A stretch of 64,000 nucleotides of DNA from Hypanus sabinus. Lineage: Eukaryota. The stretch is taken from contig NC_082710.1 of the NCBI RefSeq assembly GCF_030144855.1, positions 165,354,001-165,418,000 on the forward strand, given 5' to 3'. The translations under genes and the position numbers were made by a program. Positions within the stretch are counted from its first letter, which is position 1. The number at the start of each line of letters is the position of its first letter. Shown here piece after piece: positions 12,273 to 24,753 of this stretch. The notes under the pieces were generated by a model that saw only the letters and a program-made list of their open reading frames with translations, was not told the origin of the DNA and searched no databases.

Positions 12273-13004
12273 CTATTTATAAGAAAAACACAAATAAAGA
12301 AAATGGTTTGTCAACAAGTAGGTAATAGCCAAGAGCCTCTCATGAGCTCTTTTGATACAGGGCTGGGAGAAGCCTGCTCTACTCTTCATCAGTCACACTT
12401 TTACAATATCCTAAATTCTTGTAATATACAAAACATATATCTACTTTAATATTGAATGACCTAAATAATTAAGGCTCCTCTGTCTTCTAGAGTAGAACAT
12501 ATCAAATATTCATCAACCTCAAGCTTACCATTTCCATCCTAAATAACCTAACATTTACTCTGAATCGAGCATTATTACGCTGGAAAGATAGCAGATAGCC
12601 CTATGTATCCACAACAGTAAGAGATTTGTTTCATAAATTCAGTGAAATTACATCACATTCTTCTAAGCTCAAAAGAATGCAGGTCTACTCAAATCTCGTC
12701 CATCCCAAGAACCAGACTGCCAGAATTTGGTTGGAATTCCTGTGATTATATATGCCAAGTTTTAGACAAGAACACCAAAACAGAACTTGTGTAAACAGCT
12801 TTGTGAATGCCAGGAACATTCCTTACATGTGTTGTCTATGTTCTACCTGGATTGTCAGCAAGCAAGCTGAATAGACCAGCACCTTTGTCTCCTGTCCTTC
12901 ACTTTCACATCTCTTCTGCACTGTTCAATTCTGTTTCCAGAAGGAGAGGTTAATGCTGCTGACATAGCTCCTCCCCCACCTACCACCAGTGAACATTGTG
13001 GATT

Positions 13005-15048
13005 AGACACTAGACACTAGAATACTACAGCACAGTTCAGGCCCTTCAGCCTCGATGTTGTACCGACCCATATATTCCTTAAAAATAGGAACCTACACTG
13101 CCCCATAATCTTCTATTTTTCTTTCATCCATGTGCCTGTCCAAGTGGCTCTTAAATACCCCTAATGTTTCAGCCTCCACCACCATTCCTGGCAAGTCATT
13201 CCAGGCACCCACAATTCTCCATGCAAAAACTTACCCTGATGTCTCCGCTAAACCTCCCTCCCTTAACTTTATACATATGCCCTCTGGTGTATGCTATTCG
13301 TGCCCTGGGAAACAGGTATTGGCTATCCACCCTATCTATGCCTCTCATAATCTTGTAGACTTCTATCAAGTTCCCTCTCATCCTTCTATGCTCCAAAGAG
13401 AAAAGTCCCAGCTCTGCTAACCTTGCCTCATAAGACTTGTTTTCCAATCCAGGCAACATCCTGGTAAATCTCTTCTGCATCCTCTCCATAGCTTCCACAT
13501 CCTTCCTATAATGAGGTGACCAGAACTGAACACAATACTCTAATTGTGGTCTCACCAGAAATTTGCAGGGTTACAACATGACCTCTCTACTCTTGAAATC
13601 AATCCCCCTATTAATGAAGCCTAGCATCCCATAGGCTTTCTTAACTATCCTATCAACCTGTGCAGTGATCTTGAAGGATGTATGGATTTGAACCCGAAGG
13701 TCACTCTGTTCATCCACACCCTTAAGTAACTGACCATTAATCCTGTACTCAGCCTTCTGGTTTGTCCTTCCTAAATGCATCACCTCTCACTTATCCAGAT
13801 TGAACTCCATCTGCCACTTTTCTGTTCAACTCTGAATCCTGTCATGGGGGACCTTGTCAAATGCCTTGATAAAATCCATGTAGACCTCATCTACCGCCCT
13901 GCCCTCATCAATTTCTTTTGTTACCTCTTCCAAAAACTCACTTAGGCTTGTGAGGCACGACCTTCCCTTCACAAAGCCATGCTGACTATCCTCGAGTAGA
14001 CTGTACTTCTCCAAATGCTCGTAGATCCTATCCTTAAGAGTCCTTTCCAATAGTTTGCAGACCACTGACGTAAGACTCACCTGCTTATAGTTCCCAGGAT
14101 TCTCCCTATTACCTTTTTTAAACAAGGGAACCACATTTGTCATTCTCCAGTCCTCTGGCACCTCCCCTGCAGCTAAAGAGGATTCAAAGATTATAGCTAC
14201 TGCTCCAGCAATCTCTAGTCTCACTTCCGACAGCAACTTGGGGTGTATCACATCCGGCCCTGTTCCCCCACCAACAGATCTGCCGCCTGACCAGGTTCAT
14301 TACCCAGAACTAGATCCAGTATAGCCTCTCATCTCATCGGCCAGTCCACATACTGTGTCAGGAATCCTTCTTAAAAACACCAGACAAATTCAGCCCCCTC
14401 TACCCCCCTTGCAGTCGGGAGGTGCCAGTCAATACGAGGGAAGTTGAAATCACTCATAACTACTACCCTGTATTTTCTGCACCTTTCTAAAATCTGCCTA
14501 CTTATCTGTTCCTTGGTGTCCGGAGGGCTATTTGGGGGCCTATAGACTACTCCCAGCACAGTGGTTGATCCCTTCCTATTTCTGACTTCCACCCACACCG
14601 TCTCAGTGGACACTCTTTCTGCAGCGTCCTCCTTTTCTGTAGCCGTGATACTATCCCTGACCAGTAATGTTACTTCCCCCACCCCCCGCCGCCTTTTCTA
14701 CCTCCCATCCCACTCCTTTTAAAACACCTAAACCCCGGTACCTGCATCAGCCAATCCTGTCCTTTGTTCAGCCAAGGTTCAGAAGCGGTCACAACATTAT
14801 AGTTCCACGTACTGATCCATGTCTAAGTTCATCCCTTTTATTCCTAATGCTCCTAGCGTTGAAATAGACACATTTCAACCCCTCTAACTGGCTACCTTTA
14901 TGTTTTGTCCCCTGCCTGTCCTTCCTCACCAACTCAGAACACACAGCATCATGCCCTTGTCCTTCTACCTTAATCTCTGCACTCACATTCTGATTCCCAC
15001 CTCCCTGCCAAACTAGTTTAAACCCTCCCAACAGCTCTAGCAAACCTA
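13005..15048 (-). mobile_element. CR1 LINE (end of ORF1, APE, RT) with internal deletions; same insertion as 52110-55136
   Basis: ORFs 14371-14682, 13826-14251, 13196-13555; flanked by GATT at 13001-13004 and 15049-15052; (ctagtgt)n tail. Confidence 0.9.
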
Positions 15049-15415
15049 GATTCTGGGAAAAAAGAATGAATACACACGTGGTGCTAGAAATTTGGACCTC
15101 TCTTTCGCGGATTTGTCCATAGCATAAAAAAAAAGTTTGAGAATCCCTGCCGTAAGAGATTATCTACACTAAGTCAGGTTCTTAGGGTTCCCTCCATAAA
15201 AGGACCCATCCATTTTTCTGCCATCAGTATTTAAACAGACAGTGCTTCCAACCAGTTCCTTAACAAACAAGTGCTGCTTCTGAGCAGAGTTTCAGTATTC
15301 CTCTGACTTGTGTGTCCCACAGGTTTCAGCTCAGACCACAAACATCTCCACTTTTATCTTTGTCTGCTTAAAAAAAGTTAGGTCAGAATTTATATTAAAT
15401 TTTGAAGCATATTAC

Positions 15416-15502
15416 CATGAACTTCCAGTTTCATCACTTCTTCATGGAGAGCCCCATCCACCCTTGCATTAATTACATAGAAACCTTTATCACTGTCTAT
15501 TA
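15416..15502 (-). pseudogene. 3' remnant (87 nt) of an IgV exon, cut by a hAT element
   Basis: Encodes DSDKGFYVINARVDGALHEEVMKLEVH with intact donor G|GTAATA; matches 51625-51711; no acceptor or 5' part remains. Confidence 0.9.
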
Positions 15503-16334
15503 CATATATGTCAAATGCAAGGCCCGCAGGCCAAATCCGGACCGCGGTGGAATTATCTTTGGCCCGCGAGATAATGTCTAATTACTATTAAAGCTGGCCC
15601 CAGTAATCGAAGCGCCTATGGCGTATGATATGGCTAATGCTGAGTTTATTCAGGTACCAGGTTTTCAGGGTTTTTAGTGTTTATTCGGTTTCCCTGGTTT
15701 ATTTCCTGAATATCATTAATGAATATTTTTTCTCTATTAGAGCTGGCCCGCCAGTATATTGCATGCACACTAATACTACAAATCCCACAATGCACTGCCA
15801 GTGCATTGCTCGCGCTTGCCTTACTCTCTCATCAGCATCCTTATGGGGCTAGTCACGTGTGGTCAACTTTCAGCGATCCCTCACCCCAAAAATGGCTGAA
15901 CGAAAGGTGGACTTTGAAAACAGGGGTTTTCAAGGCAGGTGGGAGGCAGAGTATATGTTCGCAGATATAAAGGGCAAACCTGTTTGTCTTGTGTGCGGAG
16001 ACGGTGTGGCTGTAATTAAAGAATATAACGTAAGACGACACTATGAAACGAAACACCACGACAAATATAAGCATCTGGACAAGAAACAGAAGCCGCGATG
16101 TGCGGTCAAAAGAGTGGATTGGTGGGCAGGATCCGGGAGAAGATGCGGAAGGAAAACGGCGCAGGTGAGCTGACAGCTTATGACTGCATCATACACCAGG
16201 AATCGTTGTGTGGCAAAGCCTTGAAAATGGAACATATAATGAGCACCATAACACGAGCAGTTAACTTCATAAGAGCCAAAGGTTTAAATCACCGCGAGTT
16301 CAAGTCGTTTCTGGAGGAGTTGGGTTCAGAATAT
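15503..16334 (+). mobile_element. One-ended, internally deleted hAT transposon (GTF2IRD2/SPIN-like transposase)
   Basis: Terminus catatatgtcaaa followed by ggcccgcaggccaaatccgg; MAERKVDFENRGF...CLVC...RRHYETKH zinc finger; CIIHQESLC...VNFIRAKGLNHREFKSFL core; no right end seen. Confidence 0.85.
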
Positions 16335-16446
16335 AATGTTATTCATATTCCAACTGGATTCCCAAAAAGCAAGCACAAAAGACTAGTAACACACACAAAA
16401 TGCTGGTGGAACGCAGCAGGCCAGGCAGCATCTATAGGAAGAATCA

Positions 16447-16484
16447 CAGTCAACATTTCAGGCTGAGACCCTTCGTCAGGACTA
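16447..16484 (-). ncRNA. Minimal type-I hammerhead ribozyme motif
   Basis: UAGUC-CUGACGA-AGG(GUCUCAG)CCU-GAA-AUGU-U-GACUG; helix I (5 bp) and helix II pair; helix III ACGU has decayed to AUGU. Confidence 0.65.
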
Positions 16485-16730
16485 ACTGAAAGTAATGATA
16501 ATAAGAGATTTGAAAGTAGGAGGGGGAGGGGGAAATCCAAACTCATAGGAGAAGACCGGAGGGGGAGAGGTGAAGCTAAGAACTGGAAAGGTGATTGGCA
16601 AAGGGATACAGAGCTGGAGAAGGGAAAGGATCCTGGGACGGGAGGCCAAGGGAGAAAGAAAGGGGGAGGGGAGCACCAGAGGGAGATGGAGAACAGGCAA
16701 GGAGTGATTGTGAGAGGGGCAGAGAGAGAG

Positions 16731-16888
16731 NNNNNNNNNNNNNNNNNNNNNNNNNNNNNNNNNNNNNNNNNNNNNNNNNNNNNNNNNNNNNNNNNNNNNN
16801 NNNNNNNNNNNNNNNNNNNNNNNNNNNNNNNNNNNNNNNNNNNNNNNNNNNNNNNNNNNNNNNNNNNNNNNNNNNNNNNNNNNNNNNN
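16731..16888. other. Assembly gap (158 N)
   Basis: Run of N inside the purine-rich Penelope terminus. Confidence 1.
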
Positions 16889-18467
16889 GAGGAGGGGCAT
16901 TAATGGAAATTAGAGAAATCAATGTTCATGCCATCAGGTTGGAGGCTACCCAGATCGAATGTAAGGTGTTGTTCCTCCAACCTGAGTGTGGCTTCATCTT
17001 GACAGTAGAGGAGGCCATGGAAAGACATATTAGAATAGGAATGGGACGTGGAATTAAAATGTGTGGCCACTGGGAGATCCTGCTTTTTCTGGCAGCCCGA
17101 GCGTAGGTGATCAGTGAAATGGTTTCCCAGTCTGCATCAGGTCTCACCAATATATAGAGGGCCACACCGGGAGCACCGGACGCAGTATACGACACCAGCC
17201 GATTCACAGGTGAGGTGTCGCCTCACCTGGAAGGACTGTCTGGGGCCCTGAATAGTGGTGAGGGAGGAAGTGAACGTGCAGGTGTAGCACTTGTTCTGCT
17301 TACAAGGATATGTGCCAGGAGGGAGATCGGTGGGAAGGGATGGGGAGGGGGGGTAAGTGAATGGACAAGGGAGTCACATAGATCCCTGTGGACAGCAGAA
17401 AGTGGGAGGGGGAGGGGAAAGATGTGCTTGGTAGTGGGATCCCGTTGGTGGTGGCAGAAGTTACGGAGAATTATATGTTGGACCCAGAGGCTGTTGGGGT
17501 GGTAGGTGAGGACAAGGAGAACCCTATCCGAGTGGGGTGGCAGGTGGATGGGGTGAGAGCAGATGTGCGTGAAATGGGAGAGATGCGTTTGAGAGCAGAG
17601 TTGATGGTGGAGGAACCAGCATGTTTAAAAAAGGAAGACATCTCCTTAATCCTGGAATGAAAAGCCTCATCCTGAGAGCAGATGCACTTACAGTAGATAT
17701 CAGTAGATAAACCGTCTCCCGAGATGGAGACAAAAAGATCAAGAAAGGGGAGGGAGGTGTCGGAAATGGACCAGGTAAATTTGAAGGCAGGGTGAAAGTT
17801 GGAGGCAAAGTCTGCTCAATGGAGGAGAGTGGTTGTAGAGGGGAACTGGTTAGGTCTGTAATACAAAAAGAAGCAAGGAGCTTTGAGACCTTCCTGGTGG
17901 GGGATGGAGGTATATAGGGACTGGACGTCCATGCTGAAAATAAGGTGGTGGGGCCAGGGACCAGTACAAGTTTCTGCTGTGTTTGACTTGCACACCTCTT
18001 CTGTGCTGTGTAATTCTCCTTCCAAGTAGTAAGGAGATGTTAATGCTGCTGATGTCCCCTCACACCACTGCCTGAGCAATGTGGTTTCTGGGACAAAAGG
18101 ATGAGCACACAGATAGCAGCAAGAATTCACTTTAAGACATGGGTTTCTAAATTGAGATCCACAAACTTCTTGCTTTGTGGATTTTGTCCATGGCATGAAA
18201 ATGGTTGGGAACCCTCGCTTCAAGAGCTCATCTACACTAAATCAGATGACTTGGGACCCTCTCCCTGAAACAGTTATCCACGTCCCTGATATCAGTATTT
18301 AAACAGACAGGGCTTCAGACCGGTTCCTTAACAAACAAGTGCTGCATCTGAGCAGAGTTTCGAAATTCCTTCTCCACAGGCTTTGGCTCAGACCACAAAC
18401 ATCTCCCCTTTCATCCTTAATTACTTTAAAACTGTTAGATCAGAATAAATAATTAAAATGATATTAC

Positions 18468-18796
18468 CATAAACTCGCAGTTCCGTCACTTCTAGATGGA
18501 GATCTGTATCTGTCCTTGCATTTATTTCATACAGACTTCTTCACTGTCTGTTAGGTTCCATATTTCCAAGCTGTAGTCCTTTGGATTTAATTTCATCCTC
18601 TCTCTGATACACTCTGTTGTACTGTTTTTATATTTCAAACATAACAGAACCATTTTTCGATTAGATGGATATACGTAATCCCAAGTAATGATTGAAATGT
18701 TTTCTCCTGGCACATTTCCTGGTAAAGTGACTGACTGTCCCAGTGCCCCATTCACCACTCGACGAGCAGCTGGATTCCCATCGGACTCTGTCAGAA
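18468..18796 (-). pseudogene. Gene L IgV exon (CD2/SLAM type) with a 1-bp deletion; pseudogenised or assembly error
   Basis: Acceptor tctttctgtttcag, donor G|GTAATA; 329 nt vs 330 in gene R; deletion near 18536 gives TAA at 18524-18522; repaired frame ends DSEEGLYEINARTDTDLHLEVTELRVY. Confidence 0.85.
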
Positions 18797-18894
18797 CTGA
18801 AACAGAAAGACAAAGCATTAGATTCATTAGTCCCAGTGTGTTGGTGTCCACATTTCCACAGCATGTCGCAAACCTAAGGGATAAATGGAAGCGA

Positions 18895-19985
18895 TGAAAT
18901 CAAGTTTATTGTCATTTAACTATATACATGTATATAATGTATATAACAATATAATGTATATTAGAATGAGACAATGTATCTTTGAACCAGGCTGTAAAGC
19001 ACTGTAGTACACATAACACACATAGCACATGATAACTTATTAAGGTAAAGAGAAGATCTACAAATGAATCACACATAAAGAACAGACTGAAGTACCTTAA
19101 TCTTAAATCTTATTAATACAGAACAGATTAGCCAGTGACACTTCGAATATGATGCAACAGGGAGTTCAGAAGCCTAATGGCCCATGGGAAGGAATTGTTT
19201 CTCATCCTGACCATTCTTGTTTTTATGCATCATGGCCTCCTACCTGATGGTAGAAAGTCAAAGGGAATGCTGCATGGATGGATGGGACTCTTAATAGTAT
19301 GAAGGACCTTGCATACGCAGTGCTCCTGATAAACATCCCTGATAGATGGTAGGGAGATACCCATGATCCTCTCAGCTGTTCTCACCATCTTTTGTAGGGA
19401 CTTCGATCTTATGCTTGGCTGCTCCCATTACCAGCTGGAAATGTAACTTATTGTGATGCTGTCAATGGTGCTCCTGTAAAATGCAATTAAAGTGGGGGGT
19501 GGGAGCCTTGCTGCCTCAATCTTCTTAGGAAGTGGAGGTGCTACTGTGCCTTTTTAATCAGGGAGGTGATATTAAGGGACCAGGTGAGGTCATCTGTGGT
19601 GTGAGCTCCCAGGAATTTGGGGTACTTAACTCTCTCTATGGAACAGCCATGTATTCTCAGACGGTAATAGTTCATGTGCACCTTCCTGAAGTCCACAGTG
19701 ATTTGCTTGCCTTCTCCATGTTCAGGCTTAGGTTGTTCTTCTCACACCAATTCACCAGCCACCCAACTTCTGTCTCATCATCGTTCTTGATAAGGCCAAC
19801 CACTGTTGTTTCATCCACAAACTTGATGGCACGGTTTGAGCTGGATCCCACGACACAGTCATGTGTCAGCAATGTGAAGAACAGTGGGCTGAGCACACAG
19901 CCTTGGGAATAACCAGTGCTCAGCGTAATGGGACGAGAGACGTTACTGCCCATATGGACTGACTGTGGCCTTACTGTTCAGAAGT
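18895..19985 (-). mobile_element. Rex1/Babar-type LINE, RT to 3' end, degraded
   Basis: ORF 19672-19953 STGYSQGCVLSPLFFTLLTHDC...KFVDETTVVGLI...WCEKNNLSLN. Confidence 0.8.
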
Positions 19986-20004
19986 CCAGTATCCAATTGC
20001 AGGA

Positions 20005-20665
20005 GCAATGCAGATACATAATTCCCTAAAAGTGGCATCACAAGTAGATAGGATAGTAAAGAGAGCTTTTGGTACATTGGCCTTTATAAACCAAAGTATT
20101 GAGTATAAAAGTTGGAATGTAATGGTGAGGTTGTACGAGACATTGATGAGACCGAATTTGGAATATTGTGTGCAGTTTTGGTCACCTAATTACAGGAAAG
20201 ATATTAATAAGGTTGAAAGACTGCAGAGAAGGTTTACAAGGATGTTGCCGGGACCTGAGAAACTTAGTTACTGAGAAAGGTTGAATAGATTGGGACTTTA
20301 TTCCCTGGAGCGTAGAAGAATGAGGGGAGATTTGATAGAGGTGTATAAAATTATGATGGGTATAGATAGAGTGAATGCAAGCAGGCTTTTTCAACTGAGG
20401 CTAGGGGAGGAAAAAGAAACAGAGGACATGGGTTAAGGGTGAAGGGGGAAAAGTTTAAAGGGAACATGGGGGGGGGCTTCGGTGGGAGTGTGGAATGAAC
20501 TGCCAGATGAAGTGGTAAATGTGGGCTCACTTTTAACATTCGAGAAAAACTAGGACAGATACATGGATGAGAAGTGTATGGAGGGATATGGGCCAGGTGG
20601 GACTAGGCAGAAAAATGGTTCGGCACAGCCAAGTAGGGTGAAAAGGCCTGTTTCTGTGCTGTAAT
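20005..20665 (+). mobile_element. CR1 3' fragment
   Basis: ORF 20008-20274 [19 protein letters not shown]; ttctatg tail. Confidence 0.85.
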
Positions 20666-21189
20666 GTTCTTTGGTTCTATGATCCTACTGCAGAACCCAA
20701 TTCTAATGAGGGTCATTGACAAGAACCCTTAAGTCTGTTTGACTCTTTTCAGGTGCTGTCTGACCTAACAACTATTATCAGCTTTCCTTGTATATCTATC
20801 AACTCACAGCCAGTCTTCTGTACATTATTGCAGACTGTGACTGTGCTACCACTTTCTCTTCTATCCCATTGGCCTTAACTTGGCTGACAAGGCAATTCAG
20901 GGATGTCTTGTAAAATTGTAGAATGCTTTTCAAAAGTCCATCCATGCAACATTTGGAAGTATAATAGAGGAGGAGGAAGAGGTTATGGCTTGTCTTGATT
21001 TTTGCCCCCTATGCTTCATCATCAATTAAATTAATCAATCTAATCTTCCTTGTTTTTGGTAGATTGAACTAAATCCTAATTAATGTTGTATTTGATTATT
21101 TTCTGCTGTACCATCCCTGCCATTAACCTGAGGCTTCTCTCTCTCACCATATATTTTCAAATTTACATTTACTCCAAGAAGAGCTTCAT

Positions 21190-21640
21190 AAAAATGACAC
21201 CAGGATTGTAAGGGTTAACATATTGGAAGCGTTCGATGGCTCTGGACCTGCACATGCTGGAGTTCGGAAGAATTAGAGGGCATCTCAATGAAATTATTGA
21301 AAGGCCTGGATAGAGTGGAAGTGATGAGGATGCCTCCTAGAGTGGCAGAGTCTAGAACCATGGGGCACAGCCTCAAAATAGAAGGATGTCCCTTCAGAAC
21401 AGAAATTAGCAGGAATTTCTCCAGCCAAGGGGTGTTGAATCTATGAAATTCAATGCTGTAAATGCAGAGTAATTTTGTATATTTAAAGTGGAGGTTGATA
21501 GGTTCTTAATTAGTAAGGGCATCAAGGTTATGGGGAGAAGGCAGAAGAGAGGGGTTAAGAGGGGTAATAAATAAGCCAAGATGGAATGGCAGAACAAACT
21601 ACTTGGGATGAATTCTGCTCCTATGCCATATTGTCTTATT
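21190..21640 (+). mobile_element. Older CR1 3' fragment
   Basis: Degenerate RRIRGHLNE...GHSLKIEG...FQPRGV sequence and CR1 3' UTR. Confidence 0.7.
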
Positions 21641-22544
21641 ACATCAGAGGCATAGCATGTGCAACCTCCCTGTTTACTGGGATCATCTTTAAACATGATT
21701 TGAAGATTGCAGCAGAAGACTCCATGATTTCCATCGCTCGGTGACCTGGGTCTATCCCAGCTCGAGTGAGTGACCCTTTTTACACCGAGACCTAATTTAA
21801 CATCCCCCACATACTTTGTTCCCTGCTTGTAATTCTGGGATGAACAATGCTAATTGGTAAAGAAATTGGCATCAGGTTAACTCAATCAGACATGAACCCT
21901 GGAATTGAATGTTGTAATGAACGCCCAACAAAGTCAGGCATAAGTAACTCATGCCACGCTTCTTAATGCACAGCAGGAGGTAAACTTGTTTCTTCAACCC
22001 AATTCATGCAGAAAAAGTTTGCAGATAAGCAAGGCTCTACAACAACTCTTTGAAGGCTTTGAAAAACAATTTAGCATAAAGTCCATCCTGCCGAGCCATT
22101 ATTTGTGTTCTGATTTGCAAGTGCGTGTCTGTGTCTAAAGGAAGGCAGAGGTTCTGCATTGAGTTGTGAGTTATCTCAGCTCACTTTCCTGCACTAACCA
22201 ACCCAACACCACTCTGATCTGTTAATATCTGTCTTGCATGCACTTAGCGACTCAACCCCCACAATCCTCAAGATTTTCAAAATTAACCACCCACTGAAGA
22301 CAATAAGTTTCTTCTCATTCTTGTGTAGACTGGTTCTGGAGACTGTGATACCTTGCTTCAAGCCATCCCAAGCCGGGAATATTGTGTTTGTGAAGATACA
22401 TGGAGCTCAAGCTGTAGATAGAAAAGATAATCTTCAGCTCAGTAGACATTCAGGAGAGGACCCGTAGAAGAATCAGCAGTGTCTCCCTGAATTCACAGTA
22501 CATCATCTTTATACTCCCCAGAACAAAAAATAACAGATGGTAAA

Positions 22545-22850
22545 AGCTTCTGAGGACAGAAACCCAAGACACTTGAAATTAGTGTTGTGCGGTTGAGTCT
22601 AGGTACACAAATAGCAATTATTGATTGTGTCACAGAACATGTCTGAAGCTGCTTTGGTGTAGGCCAGTTAACACAGCCCTGTAATTTTGCAGATGCACAT
22701 GGAAATGAAACACGGTTGTCAGTAGTAACAGCTGTGCTTCTGTATCATAAACTTCATACTTTGTTAACAGCTGCTTTGCCCTAACAGACCTCAATGTTGA
22801 CACTCTGAACAGAAATTTGTCCCAAGAAATTCAAGCTCTGGGGAGGGAAG
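22545..22850. repeat. Ancient unclassified dispersed repeat; second copy at ~49770-50060 in the same orientation
   Basis: Shared gaaattagtgttgtg...ctaggtacacaaa...ttctgtatcataaacttcatact...tgtcccaagaa; roughly three-quarters identical by eye. Confidence 0.7.
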
Positions 22851-23189
22851 TGGAGTTCAACAGTTCACTTTTGATCCCCAGCAATCACAATAAACTGATC
22901 CTTTTGTGGAACCACACCTATACCCTATTATCTCTAACTGACTGTCTAAAACGATATAGGGAAATAGCTCGGAGCTAACTGTATACCATATTGTTCGCCA
23001 TCTGATCACATCCTCTTTTGTAGCTGCTACCTGAATATTAGATCCTTCTGATATTTCCATCTAACCTTTTGTGCTCATGCTTTAGGGACAGTCTATTTCT
23101 GCCAGGAGATTGATACGTCATGCATGGCATGTTGGAGAGTAGCAGAGTTACACAGCATTAAAAACAGGTCCTACAGCCCATCTCCGCTG

Positions 23190-24285
23190 TGGGAATATTC
23201 GGATAGGCCAGTCCATGGCCTCCCCTTGTGCTATGATGAGGGTACCCTTAGAGTGGAGGAGCAACACCTTATATTCCATCTAGGTAGCTTCCAACCTGAT
23301 GGCATAAATATCGATTTCACCTTCCAATAAAAAAAATTCCCTCCTACTCCCTCTTCCTCACTCTGGCATCTTACCTCGGAAATCCTTTTGCATTTGTACA
23401 GGGCCCTGGTGAGACCACACCTGGGGTATTGTGTACAGTTTTGGTCTCCAGGGTTAAGGAAGGACATCCTGGCTATAGAGGAAGTGCAGTGTAGATTCAC
23501 AGGGTTAATTCCTGGGAAGTCTGGACTGTCTTACGCAGAGAGGTTAGAGAGACTGGGCTTGTACACGCTGGAATTAAGGAGATTGAGAGGGGATCTGATT
23601 GAAACATATAAGATTATTAAGGGATTGGACAAGATAGAGGCAGGAAATATGTTCCAGATGCTGGGAGAGTCCAGTACCAGAGGGCATGGTTTGAGAATAA
23701 GGGGTAGGTCATTTAGGACAGAGTTAAGGAAAAACTTCTTCTCCCAGAGAGTTGTGGGGGTCTGGAATGCACTGCCTCAGAAGGTAGTGGAGGCCAATTC
23801 TCTGGATGCTTTCAAGAAAGAGCTAGATAGGTATCTTATGGATAGGGGAATCAAGGGATATGGAGACAAGGCAGGAACCGGGTATTGATAGTAGATGATC
23901 AACCATGATCTCAAAATGGCGGTGCAGGCTCGAAGGGCTGAATGGTCTACTTCTGCACCTTTGTCTATTGATCTGCTTATCACTTTCCTTGTGTACCCTC
24001 CTTCTTCCCCTTCTCCTCTGGTCCACTCTCCTCTCCTATCAGATTCCTTCCTCTCCAGCTCTTTACTTTTCCTCCCCACCTGGCTTCACCTATCACCTTT
24101 CAGTTACCGCATCTTCCCTTCCCTCCACCAACATTTTTATTCCGTCATCGTTCTCCTTCCATTCCAGTCCTGAAGAACGGTCTCAGGCTGAAACGTCGAT
24201 TGGTTGCTCTTTTCCATAGATGTTGCCTGACCTGCTGAGCTCCCCCCAGCATTTTGTGCGTCTTGATTGGATTTTCAGCATCTGC
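23190..24285 (+). mobile_element. Penelope 3' end with a young CR1 3' fragment (~23375-23965) nested in its terminus
   Basis: EEQHLIFHLGSFQPDGINIDF is the Penelope EN C-terminus; CR1 ORF 23388-23888 is open for 166 aa; Penelope terminus resumes at ~23970. Confidence 0.8.
24164..24203 (+). ncRNA. Minimal hammerhead motif with disrupted helix II
   Basis: CCAGUC-CUGAAGA-ACGGUCUCAGGCU-GAA-ACGU-C-GAUUGG; 6-bp helix I and palindromic ACGU retained. Confidence 0.5.
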
Positions 24286-24541
24286 TGCATGGCTGGCAGT
24301 TCACTGACTGGGCCTCCCTTTCATTCTCTCGCTGTCTCGCTCTCTCTCTCCCCCCCCATTCTCTGGTTCTTTTCTGAGTGTCAGATAACAGCCTTTTCCT
24401 GCAGTTGGTCTTGCCTCAAACTGCTGATAATGTGCAAATACTTATTCAGTTGGAACAGGAGCAGAAGGGATCTTTGTTTATCGCTACAATTAAACTTCCC
24501 CCTTTGCCAAAAGAGCTTAACACAATGTTTCCCAGGAACTT

Positions 24542-24753
24542 TGTGGTGAACTATGTGCCTGTCGGGACACGCCCCTGCTGACTGCTCCTGTGGCTCCTCC
24601 CACAGGCCCCTGTATAAAGGAGACCTGCGGCCTGAAGCTCGGCCTCAGTCTCCAAGACCTTGTATGATAGACACTCACTCCTGGTTCCTTCTTCCAGTCA
24701 ATAAAAGCCGATATCTCGCCTACGTCTCAGTGTGAGTTATTGATGGTGCATCA
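24542..24753 (+). mobile_element. Short solo LTR, 212 bp
   Basis: TG...CA termini (tgtggtgaac...ggtgcatca); 5-bp TSD AACTT at 24537-24541 and 24754-24758; TATAAA 24613-24618; AATAAA 24700-24705. Confidence 0.85.

Larger units (their letters stand above)
5262..15502 (-). repeat. Left arm of a ~10.2-kb inverted segmental duplication (copy of 51625-61863)
   Basis: Reverse-complement alignment is continuous from gatagctttcagacatgg (5262) to cactgtctatta (15502), with arm-specific indels. Confidence 0.95.
16385..17962 (-). mobile_element. Penelope-like element fragment with internal deletions, spanning an assembly gap
   Basis: ORF 17816-18223 FSMDVQSLYTSIPHQEGL; ORFs 17524-17808 and 16926-17207 overlap RT/GIY-YIG sequence homologous to 7264-8750. 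Confidence 0.85.

Noticed and set aside
15893-16334. Domesticated GTF2IRD2/ZBED-like host gene
   Set aside because: Large internal deletion with a frame change, 3' truncation, and a transposon terminus directly upstream.
22545-22850. Paralogous intron-1 sequence shared by genes L and R (with 49770-50060)
   Set aside because: Both copies are in the same genomic orientation while the genes are opposite, so these are independent old repeat insertions.
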